In this document: positions 11,987 through 23,743 of the stretch, piece after piece
How the letters are laid out: every line of letters starts with the position of its first letter
How positions within the stretch are numbered: the stretch's first letter is position 1
Assembly: GCA_964016885.1 (NCBI GenBank)
Contig: OZ024742.1
Location: forward strand, 245,768,001-245,832,000
Origin: Eledone cirrhosa
Taxonomy: Eukaryota
Reading direction: 5' to 3'
Length of the DNA: 64,000 bases
The notes under the pieces: model-generated
Seen by the model: the letters and a program-made list of their open reading frames with translations, nothing else
Database searches by the model: none
What the model was told of the DNA's origin: nothing
Translations under genes and position numbers: made by a program

Positions 11987-14356
11987 CTAGTCTAGCCCCC
12001 CCCGGTCATTATGGGGTTTGAGGGCGAGGTAAGTCCTACGTAATCGGTGTTTACATGCAGTAACCAGTTCATCTTTCTTGTTTAGGAGTTGGTCCGTCGA
12101 AAACAGCATTTGTAAAGTTTCCTCCGAGCATAAATTGCACGGACGGCGTCCTCCCGTGTAAGAGTTGGCTCTGGACAGTAATTTCCAAGTGAGATCATAG
12201 TTGATGTTGTTGTCCTTGAGGTCCCATATGTGGCCCGAAAGTGTAGTGGCGTGACGCCGGGCCGGGTTTCGGAAGGTATGTCTGTGTTGGTATAGCCGGG
12301 TCTTGAAGTCACATGTGGTTAATCCTATATAAGCTTTGTTGGAGGTGTCCGTGCTCACGTTGCACTGGTAGATCACATTACGGTCTCTGCATCTGTTGTC
12401 GAGGGGGAAAATGGATCTATCAGGACAGTTGCACCTCCTGGTCGGCTCTCCACTGCTATTTAGGTTGTTTCTTCCATCGGGGTTGAGTTTTTTGTTGTTG
12501 GAGGAGACGATGTTTTGTGCGAAGTTAGGTGTAGTGCTGTAAGAGAGTTTGATGGTATTTTTGTTAATTATGTTGTGGTAGCGGTGTTGTAGTGGGAAGT
12601 GTTTTTCAATGAGCCTAAAGAAAATTTTCCCGATGGGAGTTGTCACCTCGGCGTTGTGGGGAGGATTGAACCATGTTACATTGCGTGAGCGGCGGTGTCG
12701 CCTGCTGGTTCCGCTAACGGGAGCTGGACAGTAGGATATTCCCTCCCGGAAACCACTCCGCTTGAGGGCCTGGTTGTAGTAAAGCGCATGTTCATCGAAT
12801 ATCTTCTCATTAGCTGACAAACGGGATATGCGGAGGGAGATGTTTTTGACCAGGTTGTTGGTGATGTTCCTAGGATGGTTAGATCGGCGGTGGATGTAGT
12901 GCAGGTTGTCATTGGGTTTCCTGTATGGGTAGTACAGGTCATTATTGAGATCAAGGGTAACGTCCAGGAAATTAACTCGGGTCAGGGACGTTTGTAGGGT
13001 TATTTTAAATCCCCAGTCGCGGAAGAAGCTGATTAATTGTTTACGGACCCGATCTGTACTACTGGGGTTGTACCCTTTAAGGGTAAGGAGCCCATCATCA
13101 CGGTACAATCCACCACCGAAAGCAGGAAACATATCGGTGAGTTTGGCTATAAGGAATAATCCTATAAGATCTGTGACCTCCGCCGAATCCGTCGCGCCCA
13201 TACTGACGTCGAAGGGTGAGTCGGGAGCTCTTTTTATCCATTTGGAGTTGTCAAAGAGTAAGACTGTCTTCCTGGCGTGGAGGATGATTTTTCTTTCCTG
13301 GTCGGTGATGGGCACAAGTGCTTCGGCGAAGTCCAAGGCAGCAGTAAGTAGCGGTAAGGTGATTGAAGCATAGTAATTCTCTATGTCGAACTGGATAAAT
13401 TTAGTGTCTCGTTTATCCTCCATATTGCTGAACCATGAGATAACTTCCTGGGTGTTGATCCATAGGCTAAGTCGGGCGTGTTGCTTGACTTTTGGTATCA
13501 CACGGTCTAGGATTTTTTTGCTGATTCTCCCTATGTCGGACTTCGTTGGATTTATAAGCCTGATAGAAGGTTTACGGTCGAAATCGGATTTGTGGTCCTT
13601 CAGTGTGAAGTAGGGTGTCCATGGGTCTAGGGGTTCGGTGCGGTCGGCGACCCCGAGGCTGGAGGTAATTTGTTGTCCATCTCGATTAATGTCCTCGATG
13701 CATGAGTGGTTAGCCTTTTTATAGGTGGAGTTTAGGCTGCTCCTGATCAGTGTGTGGTATCTGTCGGGGTTGACAAAGTATAGGTTCCCAGTTTTATCCG
13801 AATGCACCATGATGTCATTGATGTTATCATACTCTGTTAAGTTGCTACGGAGTTTTTGTAGGAATCGGTTGTGTCTGGGTTTGAATTTAAGGTTCTTGAT
13901 CAGTTGGAAGAGGTCATTCTCGAAGGGTGAGAGCAAAGGGATCGGGGGGGGGGGGAGATTTGTAAGTAATAAATCCGAATCTCTCCTTGGTACCGAAATC
14001 CTGATTGTCGCAATATCTGTCGTAGAAAAAAGTTCTCCATCTAAGTCTTTTCGCAAATAGATCGATTTTTTTGCGTGAGCATCCGAAGGTAAAGTTTTTT
14101 CGGTGGGATTGGGATGTTCTTGGTAGAGAAGTCGATGTTGTGTTTTCGCATGGTGCGGGTGAAAGAGATTGAGCTTAGCGGAAAGGTCTGGATACGGCGT
14201 GGTAGGGTCGGAAAGTGCTCTACTATGGGGATAGGAGCTAGATAACGAAGGAAATGTGGTAAGGAACCAGGTGGACCATAACGCACCAAAGTACTCAATA
14301 CTTAGGGTAGTAGAGTGGGTAATAGGAACAAGTAAGACCCCGACGGCTGAGCTCAA
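11987..14356 (-). CDS. Penelope-like reverse transcriptase + C-terminal GIY-YIG endonuclease (789 codons; start uncertain, first ATG at 13810)
   Basis: FIQFDIENYYASI, FDVSMGATDSAEVTDLIG, GGLYRDDGL, NFLDVTLDL, WFNPP, CNCxxxxxFPLDNRC linker, VIYQC..AYIGLT, CNLCSEE, CKH. Confidence 0.92.
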   Translation of the reverse strand: MSSAVGVLLVPITHSTTLSIEYFGALWSTWFLTTFPSLSSSYPHSRALSDPTTPYPDLSAKLNLFHPHHAKTQHRLLYQEHPNPTEKTLPSDAHAKKSIYLRKDLDGELFSTTDIATIRISVPRRDSDLLLTNLPPPPIPLLSPFENDLFQLIKNLKFKPRHNRFLQKLRSNLTEYDNINDIMVHSDKTGNLYFVNPDRYHTLIRSSLNSTYKKANHSCIEDINRDGQQITSSLGVADRTEPLDPWTPYFTLKDHKSDFDRKPSIRLINPTKSDIGRISKKILDRVIPKVKQHARLSLWINTQEVISWFSNMEDKRDTKFIQFDIENYYASITLPLLTAALDFAEALVPITDQERKIILHARKTVLLFDNSKWIKRAPDSPFDVSMGATDSAEVTDLIGLFLIAKLTDMFPAFGGGLYRDDGLLTLKGYNPSSTDRVRKQLISFFRDWGFKITLQTSLTRVNFLDVTLDLNNDLYYPYRKPNDNLHYIHRRSNHPRNITNNLVKNISLRISRLSANEKIFDEHALYYNQALKRSGFREGISYCPAPVSGTSRRHRRSRNVTWFNPPHNAEVTTPIGKIFFRLIEKHFPLQHRYHNIINKNTIKLSYSTTPNFAQNIVSSNNKKLNPDGRNNLNSSGEPTRRCNCPDRSIFPLDNRCRDRNVIYQCNVSTDTSNKAYIGLTTCDFKTRLYQHRHTFRNPARRHATTLSGHIWDLKDNNINYDLTWKLLSRANSYTGGRRPCNLCSEETLQMLFSTDQLLNKKDELVTACKHRLRRTYLALKPHNDRGGLD

Positions 14357-14430
14357 GCAGTTTCGACGGCTAATTCTGGACTGAATGAAAATTTATTCTG
14401 GTATTTAAATAGCCGAGCTTATCAAGGGGT
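14337..14430 (-). ncRNA. Type I hammerhead ribozyme, U3-A8 variant (5' pseudo-LTR; one stem III mismatch)
   Basis: Same motif, but the stem III 5' strand reads CTGCT instead of CGGCT. Confidence 0.75.
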
Positions 14431-15309
14431 AATTCCATATATGGTCAAAGAGATAATCACCAGGATTGGTCACATCACAAGTTAGTAGTAAATCTGTGAT
14501 GGCAAATTAGTGGAGGAAGGGGTAGCTAAACCTGCCGGTAGGAGAAAAAGGGAGAGGGGGTGGAGTAGACCCATTCATGCGTTGGTAGTGCCGGCTACAG
14601 CTGGGCGTGAGGTCAAAGAGGATACTGGGGAGGGGAGGGTGAGGAAGTCGAAACGGTAAGTAGAACAATGAGGGTAAAACTATAAAAAGTACTGAGAATG
14701 AAAAAAAAAAGTTTTTGTTGTTGGAGGAGACGATGTTTTGTGCGAAGTTAGGTGTAGTGCTGTAAGAGAGTTTGATGGTATTTTTGTTAATTATGTTGTG
14801 GTAGCGGTGTTGTAGTGGGAAGTGTTTTTCAATGAGCCTAAAGAAAATTTTCCCGATGGAATATTTATTTTTATTATTATTATTTATTTTTTTATTCTTT
14901 ATTATATTTTTTTTTATTTATTTATCTATTCTTTTATTCATTTATTTGTTTATTTATTTATTTATGTATTTCTTTAGCCTAGCAATAGCGAGAGACTTAA
15001 GTCTTAGTAACCAGACTTTGCTTATTTTTTTATTTTATTTTTTTCATTCTCATTACTTTTTATAGTTTTACCCTTCATTGTTCTACTTACCGTTTCGACT
15101 TCCTCCCCCTCCCCCGTATCCTCTTTGACCTCACGCCCAGCTGTAGCCGGCACTACCAACGCATGAATGGGTCTACTCCATCCCTCCCCCTTTTTCTCCT
15201 ACCGGCAGGCTTAGCTACCCCTTCCCCCACTAATTTGCCATCACAGATTTACTACTAACTTGTGATGTGACCAATCCTGGTGATTATCTCTTTGACCATA
15301 TATGGAATT

Positions 15310-15403
15310 ACCCCTTGATAAGCTCGGCTATTTAAATACCAGAATAAATTTTCATTCAGTCCAGAATTAGCCGTCGAAACGGCTTGAGCTCAGCCGTCGG
15401 GGT
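15310..15403 (+). ncRNA. Type I hammerhead ribozyme, U3-A8 variant (inverted pseudo-LTR)
   Basis: Stem I 15310-15314/15399-15403, TTGATAA 15315-15321, GAAA 15376-15379, GTC triplet ending at 15398. Confidence 0.8.
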
Positions 15404-15413
15404 CTTACTTGTT

Positions 15414-15468
<55 letters not shown>

Positions 15469-15474
<6 letters not shown>

Positions 15475-16583
15475 AACATGACAAAGACTAAGGTCCTTGT
15501 AAGTAGACGAGAAAACAGAACCCAGACCCCCTCAGGGAAATGGCCTTGCTCAGTATGTAGGAAAGGTGTAGGTAGGAACTCCATTCTCTGCCCCAAATGC
15601 AAACAATGGGTACACAAGAGATGTAGCGGGATCTCAGGAAGCTTAATTAAGAATGTAGGCTTCACATGCAGCAGCTGTGCTGAGACAGCAAGCAGCAAAC
15701 AGCCACAGGAAACAAGTACCATCAATCTCTGGGAGGGCTCTGTAGAAACAGTAGACAGCTTCTGCTACCTAGGTGACCGAATTAGCAGCGGAGGTGGGTG
15801 TTCAGAAAGTACAATAACTAGGGTAAGAACGGGATGGAAGAAGTTTAGGGAACTTCTACCACTGCTAGCTGCAAAAGGCTTCTCCCTCAGAATGAAAGGC
15901 AGACTGTATGATGCGTGTATCCGAACAGCAATGTTGCATGGTAGTGAGACCTGGGCGCTGAAGGTGGAAGACTTACGTAGATTAGAGAGAAACGAAGCCT
16001 GCATGTTCCGATGGATGTGTAACAGTAATATACGTGAACGACAAAGCATAAATGAATTGAGAGAGAGACTGAGCATAAGAGGAATCAAATGCTGTGTGCA
16101 GAAGAGGCGGTTGCGCTGGTATGGACATGTGATGCGTATGAAGGATGACAGCTGCATAAAAAGGTGCAGAGCACTAGAAGTTGATGGAAACCGCGGAGTG
16201 GTTGATGACCTGGGATGAGGTGATAAAAGCCGACCGTACCCAATTACACCTCTCAAAGGCAATGAAACACGACCGTGACTTCTGGCGTCACGCAGTAATA
16301 CAGAGTACCCGACCTCCCATGGGTACAAGCTGAAGCATATAGACAATATGCCCCCCCCCCCCACCGCAAGGTGGTCGTGGAGGTGCCACGGCAAAAAAAC
16401 ACCCAGCCCACACTGTAAAGTGAACTTGTAGGCACCACGAAAAAGCACCCAGCACTCACTGTAAATGAGGTTCCTGTATGAGCAAGGCATGGTCAGCCGA
16501 CCAGACACTGCCCACAACAGGACAACCCGTCTAACCCATGCTAGCGTGGAAGAACGGACGTAAAACGGTGATGATGATGATGA

Positions 16584-16586
<3 letters not shown>
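15469..16586 (+). mobile_element. 5'-truncated RTE LINE (PHD insert, RT C-terminus, 3' UTR, TGA tail)
   Basis: [56 protein letters not shown]. Confidence 0.92.
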
Positions 16587-16632
<46 letters not shown>

Positions 16633-16855
16633 GAAAGAGAGATTGATATATCTATATTTCTGTATACATATATATATATATATATAAATAAATAAATAAA
16701 TATATACATATAGATGTGTGTGTGTGTGCGTGTGTGTGTTGGTGTTTGTGCGTGTATGAATGAGTATATTGTTCATTCACACCTGAAAACAGATGTGGTC
16801 CAAGTGTCAGTGTAGGGCGTATCTCTCTTGCTATAAATATATATATATGCATACA

Positions 16856-16896
<41 letters not shown>

Positions 16897-17135
16897 AAAT
16901 ATATATATATATAATTGTTTCTATATATATATAATGTAAATAAATACACGCACATACACACATATATACACACACACACACACACATATACATATTTATA
17001 TATATATATATATATATGATTCTCCAATATCCGTGTGTTCATCACTTTAAATAGGATTGTTGATACATGTGCATGCATACAAGCATACAAATATACATAT
17101 ATACATACAGACATATATATATATATATATATACA

Positions 17136-17175
<40 letters not shown>

Positions 17176-17323
17176 CATACATATACATACATACAGACAT
17201 ACATATATACATACATACACACATACATACGGACATACATACAGACATACATATATACAGACATACATATATACAGACATACATATATACATACATACAT
17301 ACATACATATATACATACATACA

Positions 17324-17395
<72 letters not shown>

Positions 17396-17500
17396 CATTC
17401 ATATATACAGGCATACAGACATACAACATACATATATACAGGCAGACATATACATACATACATACATATATACAATATACATACAATATATATACAGGCA
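16587..17500. repeat. Compound TA/CA/TC/TACA microsatellite field
   Basis: Seen directly in the sequence. Confidence 0.9.
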
Positions 17501-17934
17501 TGCTGTTGTTTGTCAACTATAAAACCAACCCACTGCAGTCATCATAATTATCATCATCATCATTATAACTATCATCTTCCTCAACAGCATGTTTAGCCAT
17601 CATCATCAGCATCATGATCAGTAGTATTATCGATATCACCTTCATCAAAATCTCATCAGCCACAAGATATCTACATTCTACAGCAACAACAACAATAACA
17701 ACGAGGTTTCCTTCTTGTGGTCTGTCTTCGACCTACTAGAAATAGCAGCCAGCTCTTCCTCAAATTATCATACTTTACTGGCTTCAAAAAGAGAAAGAAT
17801 ATAAAATGTGAAGCATACACTGGATAATATATATTCACTGTCTGTAAGAAAGAAAGAAACAAACACGATGGTCATGACTGGAACGTCTTTGATCATAAGT
17901 TTGCTTGATCAGGGTTAACCTGAAGCTGAATAAT

Positions 17935-18500
17935 AACAACATCAACAACAATTTGTCCCACGATTATTACTAACATCCTTCTCCACATCTTCACCATCAT
18001 CATCATCACTAGTACCATCAACATCACCACCATCGTCACCACCACCACCACCACCACCACCACCACCACCACCACCACCACCACCACCACCACCATCAAT
18101 ATTGCTTTCATCATCATCATTATTGTCTTCATTATCTTCATTGTCATCATCATCATCATCATTAGCATTACCACCACCACCACCACCACCACCACCACCA
18201 CCACCACCACCATTATCACCATTATCATCATCACTACCAACACCGCTGTCACCATCTCCAACACCATCCCCACTATCTTTATCATCATCACCACCATCTT
18301 TATCATCATCATAAGCATCATCACCACCACCATCACCCCCACCAACATCATCAACAACCTCACCATAATCATCATTGTTATCATTAACACCACTATCATC
18401 ATCATAGTCGTCATCATCATCTGATCCTCTGCTTTTTCCTCTGTTTCTCTCCTCCACCTCCCATTCATCTCCCTTCTCCTTCTCCTTATCACCACTATCA
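17935..18500. repeat. (CAC/CAT)n triplet low-complexity tract just upstream of the coding exon
   Basis: Seen directly in the sequence. Confidence 0.9.
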
Positions 18501-18529
18501 TTGTTTTCATCCTCAGTTGACAGAGACAG

Positions 18530-18893
18530 ATGGGTTTGTTAATAATACCAAAATGGTTACTTCTGATGATTGCCCTCAATTGGGGTTTTCAAGGAACCCT
18601 TTCAATAACCACAGTACCACTCAACACTAACCCTACCACTGCCCCCACCACCACCACCACTACCACTAATAACAACGATGACAACAACACCAGTATTGAC
18701 ACCAACATCACAGAAATCAAAGTTGGAATACTTGGGCTGGATTTCGATGGTTACCCATTCAGTATAGGTCGAATAGGCCCTGCTATTGAACTTGGTATCG
18801 CTAAAGTCAATAATGACATGCTGAACTCAAGCTTCAAATTGACACCAATTATCAACGTCTATGGAAGTCATTGTGCTGCAGGAAAAGCCCCAG
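18530..18893 (+). CDS. First coding exon of a natriuretic peptide receptor / membrane guanylate cyclase-like protein (signal peptide + start of ANF-receptor ligand-binding domain)
   Basis: Hydrophobic signal peptide, Thr/Asn-rich linker, then IKVGILGLDFDGYPFSIGRIGPAIELGIAKVNNDML..SHCAAGKAPG. Strong phase-1 donor CAG|GTAAGT at 18893/18894. Possible acceptor ttttcatcctcag ending at 18516. Confidence 0.8.
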
Positions 18894-19326
18894 GTAAGTA
18901 CCGATAATGCTTGAATTCTTCAGAATATATAATGATAATGCATGTTTTCTGAGAAATCAGTCATAATAATTTTGTATTTGTTTTGCAAGATTCTTGATGT
19001 GAAATTGTTTGTGAAAACAAATATTGTTATACTTTGGGTAGGTTATCCTGCCAAAGTATTACTATGTCATGATAATATTTCATCTAAGCCTTGGGAGCAG
19101 GGAAAACTGACATCAAATAATGACAAGGATGATGAATCTTTGATTTTTGAGTAGTAAGTAATAATAATTGTTTTTACTTTTGGCACAAGGCCAACAATTA
19201 CCCAGTACATTACTGGTAGTTTATTTTATCGAAAGTTTAACAATGTTTGATTATTTGGTCTATGATGTTAATGCATGATTTTTGAGCAGTAAGTACTGCT
19301 AATGTAGGATTTCTGAGTTTAAAGCT

Positions 19327-19600
19327 TGCTATCTCAGGAATAAGTTCTGGTAATGTTTACTATGTGTTATCTCAGGAATAAGTTCTCATAATGTTTATTA
19401 TGTGCTATCTCAGGAATAAGATCTGATAATGTTTACTATGTGCTATGTTAAGAATATGTTCTGATAATGTTTACTATGTGCAATCTCACAATAAGTTCTG
19501 ATAATGTTATAATCTGTGCTATCTCAGGAATAAGTTCTGATAATGTTTACTATGTGCTATTTCAAGAAAATAAGTTCTGATAATGTTTTCTTAGGAATAA
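19327..19600. repeat. 38-bp minisatellite (~7 degenerate units)
   Basis: Unit tgctatctcaggaataagttctgataatgtttactatg. Confidence 0.85.
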
Positions 19601-20561
19601 CTAATGATAATGAGTTCTGCACAAGATCTCATATTAAAAATTCTGCCATGTACTAATAGACTAAAAGAAGGAAGTGTTCCTTTTTTTTATGAATGGTGAT
19701 AACATGCTGTACATTTGTAACCATAATTGTGAAATTTATATCTGGAAATTATGATTGATATAGGCTGTGAGCTAGTATTGATTGAAATAATTTAATCAAG
19801 GCGTGTGTATAATTTACACATTAAATCAACAAATATTAACACTATTTACGCCATTTTCCAGAGCAACTTTATCATCATCATCATCATCATTATCATTTAA
19901 CATCTGTTTTCCATGCTGACAAATTGGACAAATCATCACAGACTAAGTTAGTACTTAATCGAAGCAACCAACCTCTCAGATAGGCTGAGGGCTGCATCTC
20001 GCTTAAATACATTCCTGCATTCAACAGGATGCACTAGGTGCATTTTAAGATGGCACCAAGACTAGGGAGGTTATCATGTCTTTAATACGACTAAAGAGTT
20101 TTCTTAACCTTTTGTTTGGTGAGTTTGCTACTGCTGAATGCCTTTCATATCACCAACCACTTCCTGGCATATACTGGGTGCACTTTACTGTGTCACCAAC
20201 ACTAGAGAGGTTGTCATGCCCTTGACAAAAGTGAAGTGTTCTTTCAACCCATTGATTGGCAAGTTTTTTATGACTGGATGTCCTTCTTATCACCAACCTC
20301 TTTACAGAGTATACTGGATGTGATTTATCATCTTACCAGCACTAGCTATCACCTAAAATCAATTTAATAAACATAAAAACAAGATTTTTAATGATTTTAT
20401 TTTCAATTTAAATAGCAATAAACATTTTTCTAACACCCATCAACAGTCCCTTCTTCACTCCTGATGGAGTTGTATGCATGTATATATATGGAAAGACAGG
20501 AGGGATGATGGAGGGAGGGAGATAACACTAAGTAAAAGGACACTATACATTATTATCTTTA

Positions 20562-21385
20562 GGGCGGTGGATTGGCAGTATTGGTAGAGGGTCGGACGCC
20601 ATGCTTTGACATATATAGTTACGGCCCTTGCCTTTCTGAGTTCAAATCCCCCCAAGGTTAACTTTGCCTTTCATCCTTACGGGGGTCGATAAAATAAAGT
20701 ACCAGTAATGCACTGGGTAATTGCTGGCCTTGTGCCTAACGTAGAAACAATTATTATCTTTAGGATTAACAGAGTGATTAGAGCATTGGACAAATACTTA
20801 ATGATATTTGTTCTGGTTCTTTACTTTCTGTGTCCAAATTCTGCCAATGTCAAGCTTTGCCTTTCATCCTTACGTGGTCAATAAACTAAAGTACCAGTTA
20901 TACACTGGGGTCAATTTAATCAATTTTCCCTTTCCCTTCAAATTGCTGGCCTTGTGCCAAATGTAAAAACAATTATTATCATCATCATGATAATTACTAT
21001 TATTCACTGCTGCATTATTACTATTATTCACTGCTGTTAGAACATTGGACTAAATGTTTTGCGGTATTTATTTATGACCTTTACCTCCGGCCAAGGTCAA
21101 ATTTTGTCTTTCATCTTTTTGTGGTAGATAAAATAAAGTAACAAGCAGTCAAGTACTGGTTATTTTTTCTTTCCCTAAGTTGCTGGACATGCGACAAAAA
21201 TTAGAAATCCTCATTAGCGTGTCAGACATCATGCTTTGTAGCATAGAGTTATGGCCCTTTACGTCCTGAGTTTAAATCCTGCCGAGGTTAATTTTGCCTT
21301 TCATACTTATGGTGTTGATAAAATAAAGTACCAGTAATGCACTGAGTAATTGTTGGCCTTGTGCCAAAAGTAGAAACAATTATTA
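20562..21385 (+). mobile_element. Cluster of four tRNA-derived SINE copies (Nin/Deu-like central domain)
   Basis: ggcggtggattggcag..gagttcaaatcc..ttgcctttcatcct..gtcgataaaataaagtaccagt..ggccttgtgcc..tagaaacaa(tta)n, repeated four times with differing divergence. Confidence 0.85.
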
Positions 21386-21744
21386 TTCACTATCATATCT
21401 ATATTTCATTTTGAAACATAAGAGAAGTATCAACGTTTTATTATCCTACCACTAACACAGACTGTTGTCCTTGCTATTTAACAGCCTCAACCACTTAGTT
21501 CTGTACACTCACACACAAACACATACACACGCACATACGCACACAGATACACATGCACACATATATCAGTGTGTGAGTGTGAATAAAGTATGAAGCATAA
21601 ACACCTTAAGCATTCTACATAAACTATATACATGCTGTTTGAATATGGTGAGAATCTTTTCACTAACTGCCATATTCAGATACCAAGAGTCCATTTATGT
21701 ATATGTGTGTATACATATATATTTATATATATATGTATGTAAAA

Positions 21745-22087
21745 GGTAAACAGAAATAACAACACAATCGGTACAGTATATGGAAGGAATATATTAGGTT
21801 AACGCTTGAAATAGCAGGAAGATGGTCTTAACGTTTTGGATGCTAGTCCTTCATCAGAAGAAAGAATGAGAAATAAGATAGATTGAGGGGACGGGCGGAG
21901 TGGAATCGGAAAAAATGTCTTTAGATAAAAATAACAGGTCCAGTCATGTTGACATCTCTTGGAAAACTGTTGGTGCTGGCATTTTGTGTATGATTTATTT
22001 TTTAGAAAAGTGGATGATGGAGTGTGTCTACCTGAAATGGAAAAAAACCGTTTTGTAAAAAGAACTATACTTGAGCACGTGCGTAAG

Positions 22088-22174
<87 letters not shown>

Positions 22175-23482
22175 ATATGTTCGTTCGAAGCTAAGAAGAA
22201 ATGTATGTGTATATGTAAGTAAAATAGTGTGTGTGCATGTAAGTACGAAGCTATGAGCAAAATATGTTAATATAAGGGTGTGTATGTGTGTATACAGAGC
22301 TGTGAAGTGAAAAGTGGGTGAGCATATATAGTCGGCCTGTATTAGTTGTAAGAGAAGATGTTAATGATCAGGAGAGAGTGATAAGAATCTAGGGGTGAAT
22401 GTACAAGCGCGTAAAGAAATTGGGGAAGTGAGTTGAGTCCAAGAGGGGAATAGGACCCAAGGTGGTGAATCAGACTCTGCTCAGTCCTGGTGCATGAGGC
22501 CTGTGATCCATGATGTAAACAGACACACAGGACTGAAACATGTTGGGAAGAATGACCAGGATAACAGAAATGACAGGCGACAGGAGAATCCAAACCGAGT
22601 CGTATGTCCCTCAAATGCTCAGCAAAACGGTCCACTGTATGGCTACCCGTTTGTCCAATGTATAAAGACCTGCAAAGGGAATACCGGAGGGCATAGACAA
22701 CGTGGGTGGATGTGCAGGTGAAAGAATGGTGGATATGGAAAGACCTGTTAGGGCCTGTGAGAGTGGTGAGGGAGGAAATAAAAGGACAAGTGTTGCAGAG
22801 GGGATGAGAACAAGGATGAGAGCCGGGTGGAGTCGAGGAAGAGGACAAGAAGGAACTGCATACCGGGAGGTCGCGGAGGTTGCGGGTGTGCTTAAAAGCA
22901 GTAATGGGTGGGTTTAGAAAAAAGCGAGAAGTGACGGGGTCAGAAGAGAGGATGCGGAAGGAATGGAGGATATATCACCAGAGTGGTAGGGTGATGGGGT
23001 GGCAGGTGAGAGGGAAAGGCGCGGGTGAAAGCAGTTTGGATCAGGGTGGGGCGATATCCACGCTGGATGAAGCAGGAAGCCATGTGAAGAGAATGGGTTT
23101 CGAAATCATCGTCCTGGCTACAGAGCCGATGAAGATGGAGGGATTGGGAATAGGGTATGGAGTGTTTGGTGTGGGTTGGATGGGAGGAGGTGAAGTCAAG
23201 GTAAGAGTGGGAGTCTGTTGGTTTAATGAAGATGGAAGTAGAGAGGATGTGATGAGAGTGATTAATAGATAGAGAGATATCTAGAAAAGCGACAGAAGAA
23301 TCGGAGACGGAGGCGGTGAAAGTGAGAATAGGATGGAAAGATAGGACAAAAGAAAGAAAGCAGTTGAGCTGTTCTCGTGATAGAGAGGTGGTGCCGATAT
23401 AGTCATCGATATAACAACCGTATAGCTCAGGAGTCGGTCCAGTGTACTGGGAGAAGATCTGGGCTTCATGCATCGTATACAC
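21745..23482 (-). mobile_element. 5'-truncated Neptune-type Penelope-like element (RT C-terminus, Cys linker, GIY-YIG, pseudo-LTR)
   Basis: CYIDDYIG, AFLDISL, KPTDSHSYLDFTSSHP, PCSHPLCNTCPFI, FTCTSTHVVYAL..CRSLYIGQT..RFAEH, PLGLN. Confidence 0.9.
21826..21861 (-). ncRNA. Decayed minimal hammerhead (G12 to A)
   Basis: TCTT-CTGATGA-A-GGA(ctagca)TCC-AAAA-CG-TT-AAGA. Confidence 0.65.
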
Positions 23483-23604
23483 GTTTAATCACATATTACA
23501 TATGTTTCACTGGCAATCAGCTCAAGGAATGATTGATTATATTCGTTCCTCACTCTGATATGTGTTCTCACATGTAGACTCATGTCCCAAATCCTTAACT
23601 TCTA

Positions 23605-23636
<32 letters not shown>

Positions 23637-23651
23637 CATATATATATATAC

Positions 23652-23698
<47 letters not shown>

Positions 23699-23703
23699 CA
23701 TAA

Positions 23704-23737
<34 letters not shown>

Positions 23738-23743
<6 letters not shown>

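Noticed and set aside
16773-17596. Tyr/Ile-rich ORFs in several frames
   Set aside because: (TA)n/(CA)n microsatellite artefacts.
18563-18570. CTGATGA in the receptor exon (and similar hits in ATG/CAT repeats)
   Set aside because: No stem II-GAAA follows.
17893-18579. Poly-Val/Met and poly-Gly/Asp ORFs (also 35347-35739 and 60738-61446)
   Set aside because: Triplet-repeat translations without domain or splice support.
23490-23600. Additional hammerhead on the minus strand
   Set aside because: The GAAAC-ATAT-GTA half is present but no CTGANGA core remains.
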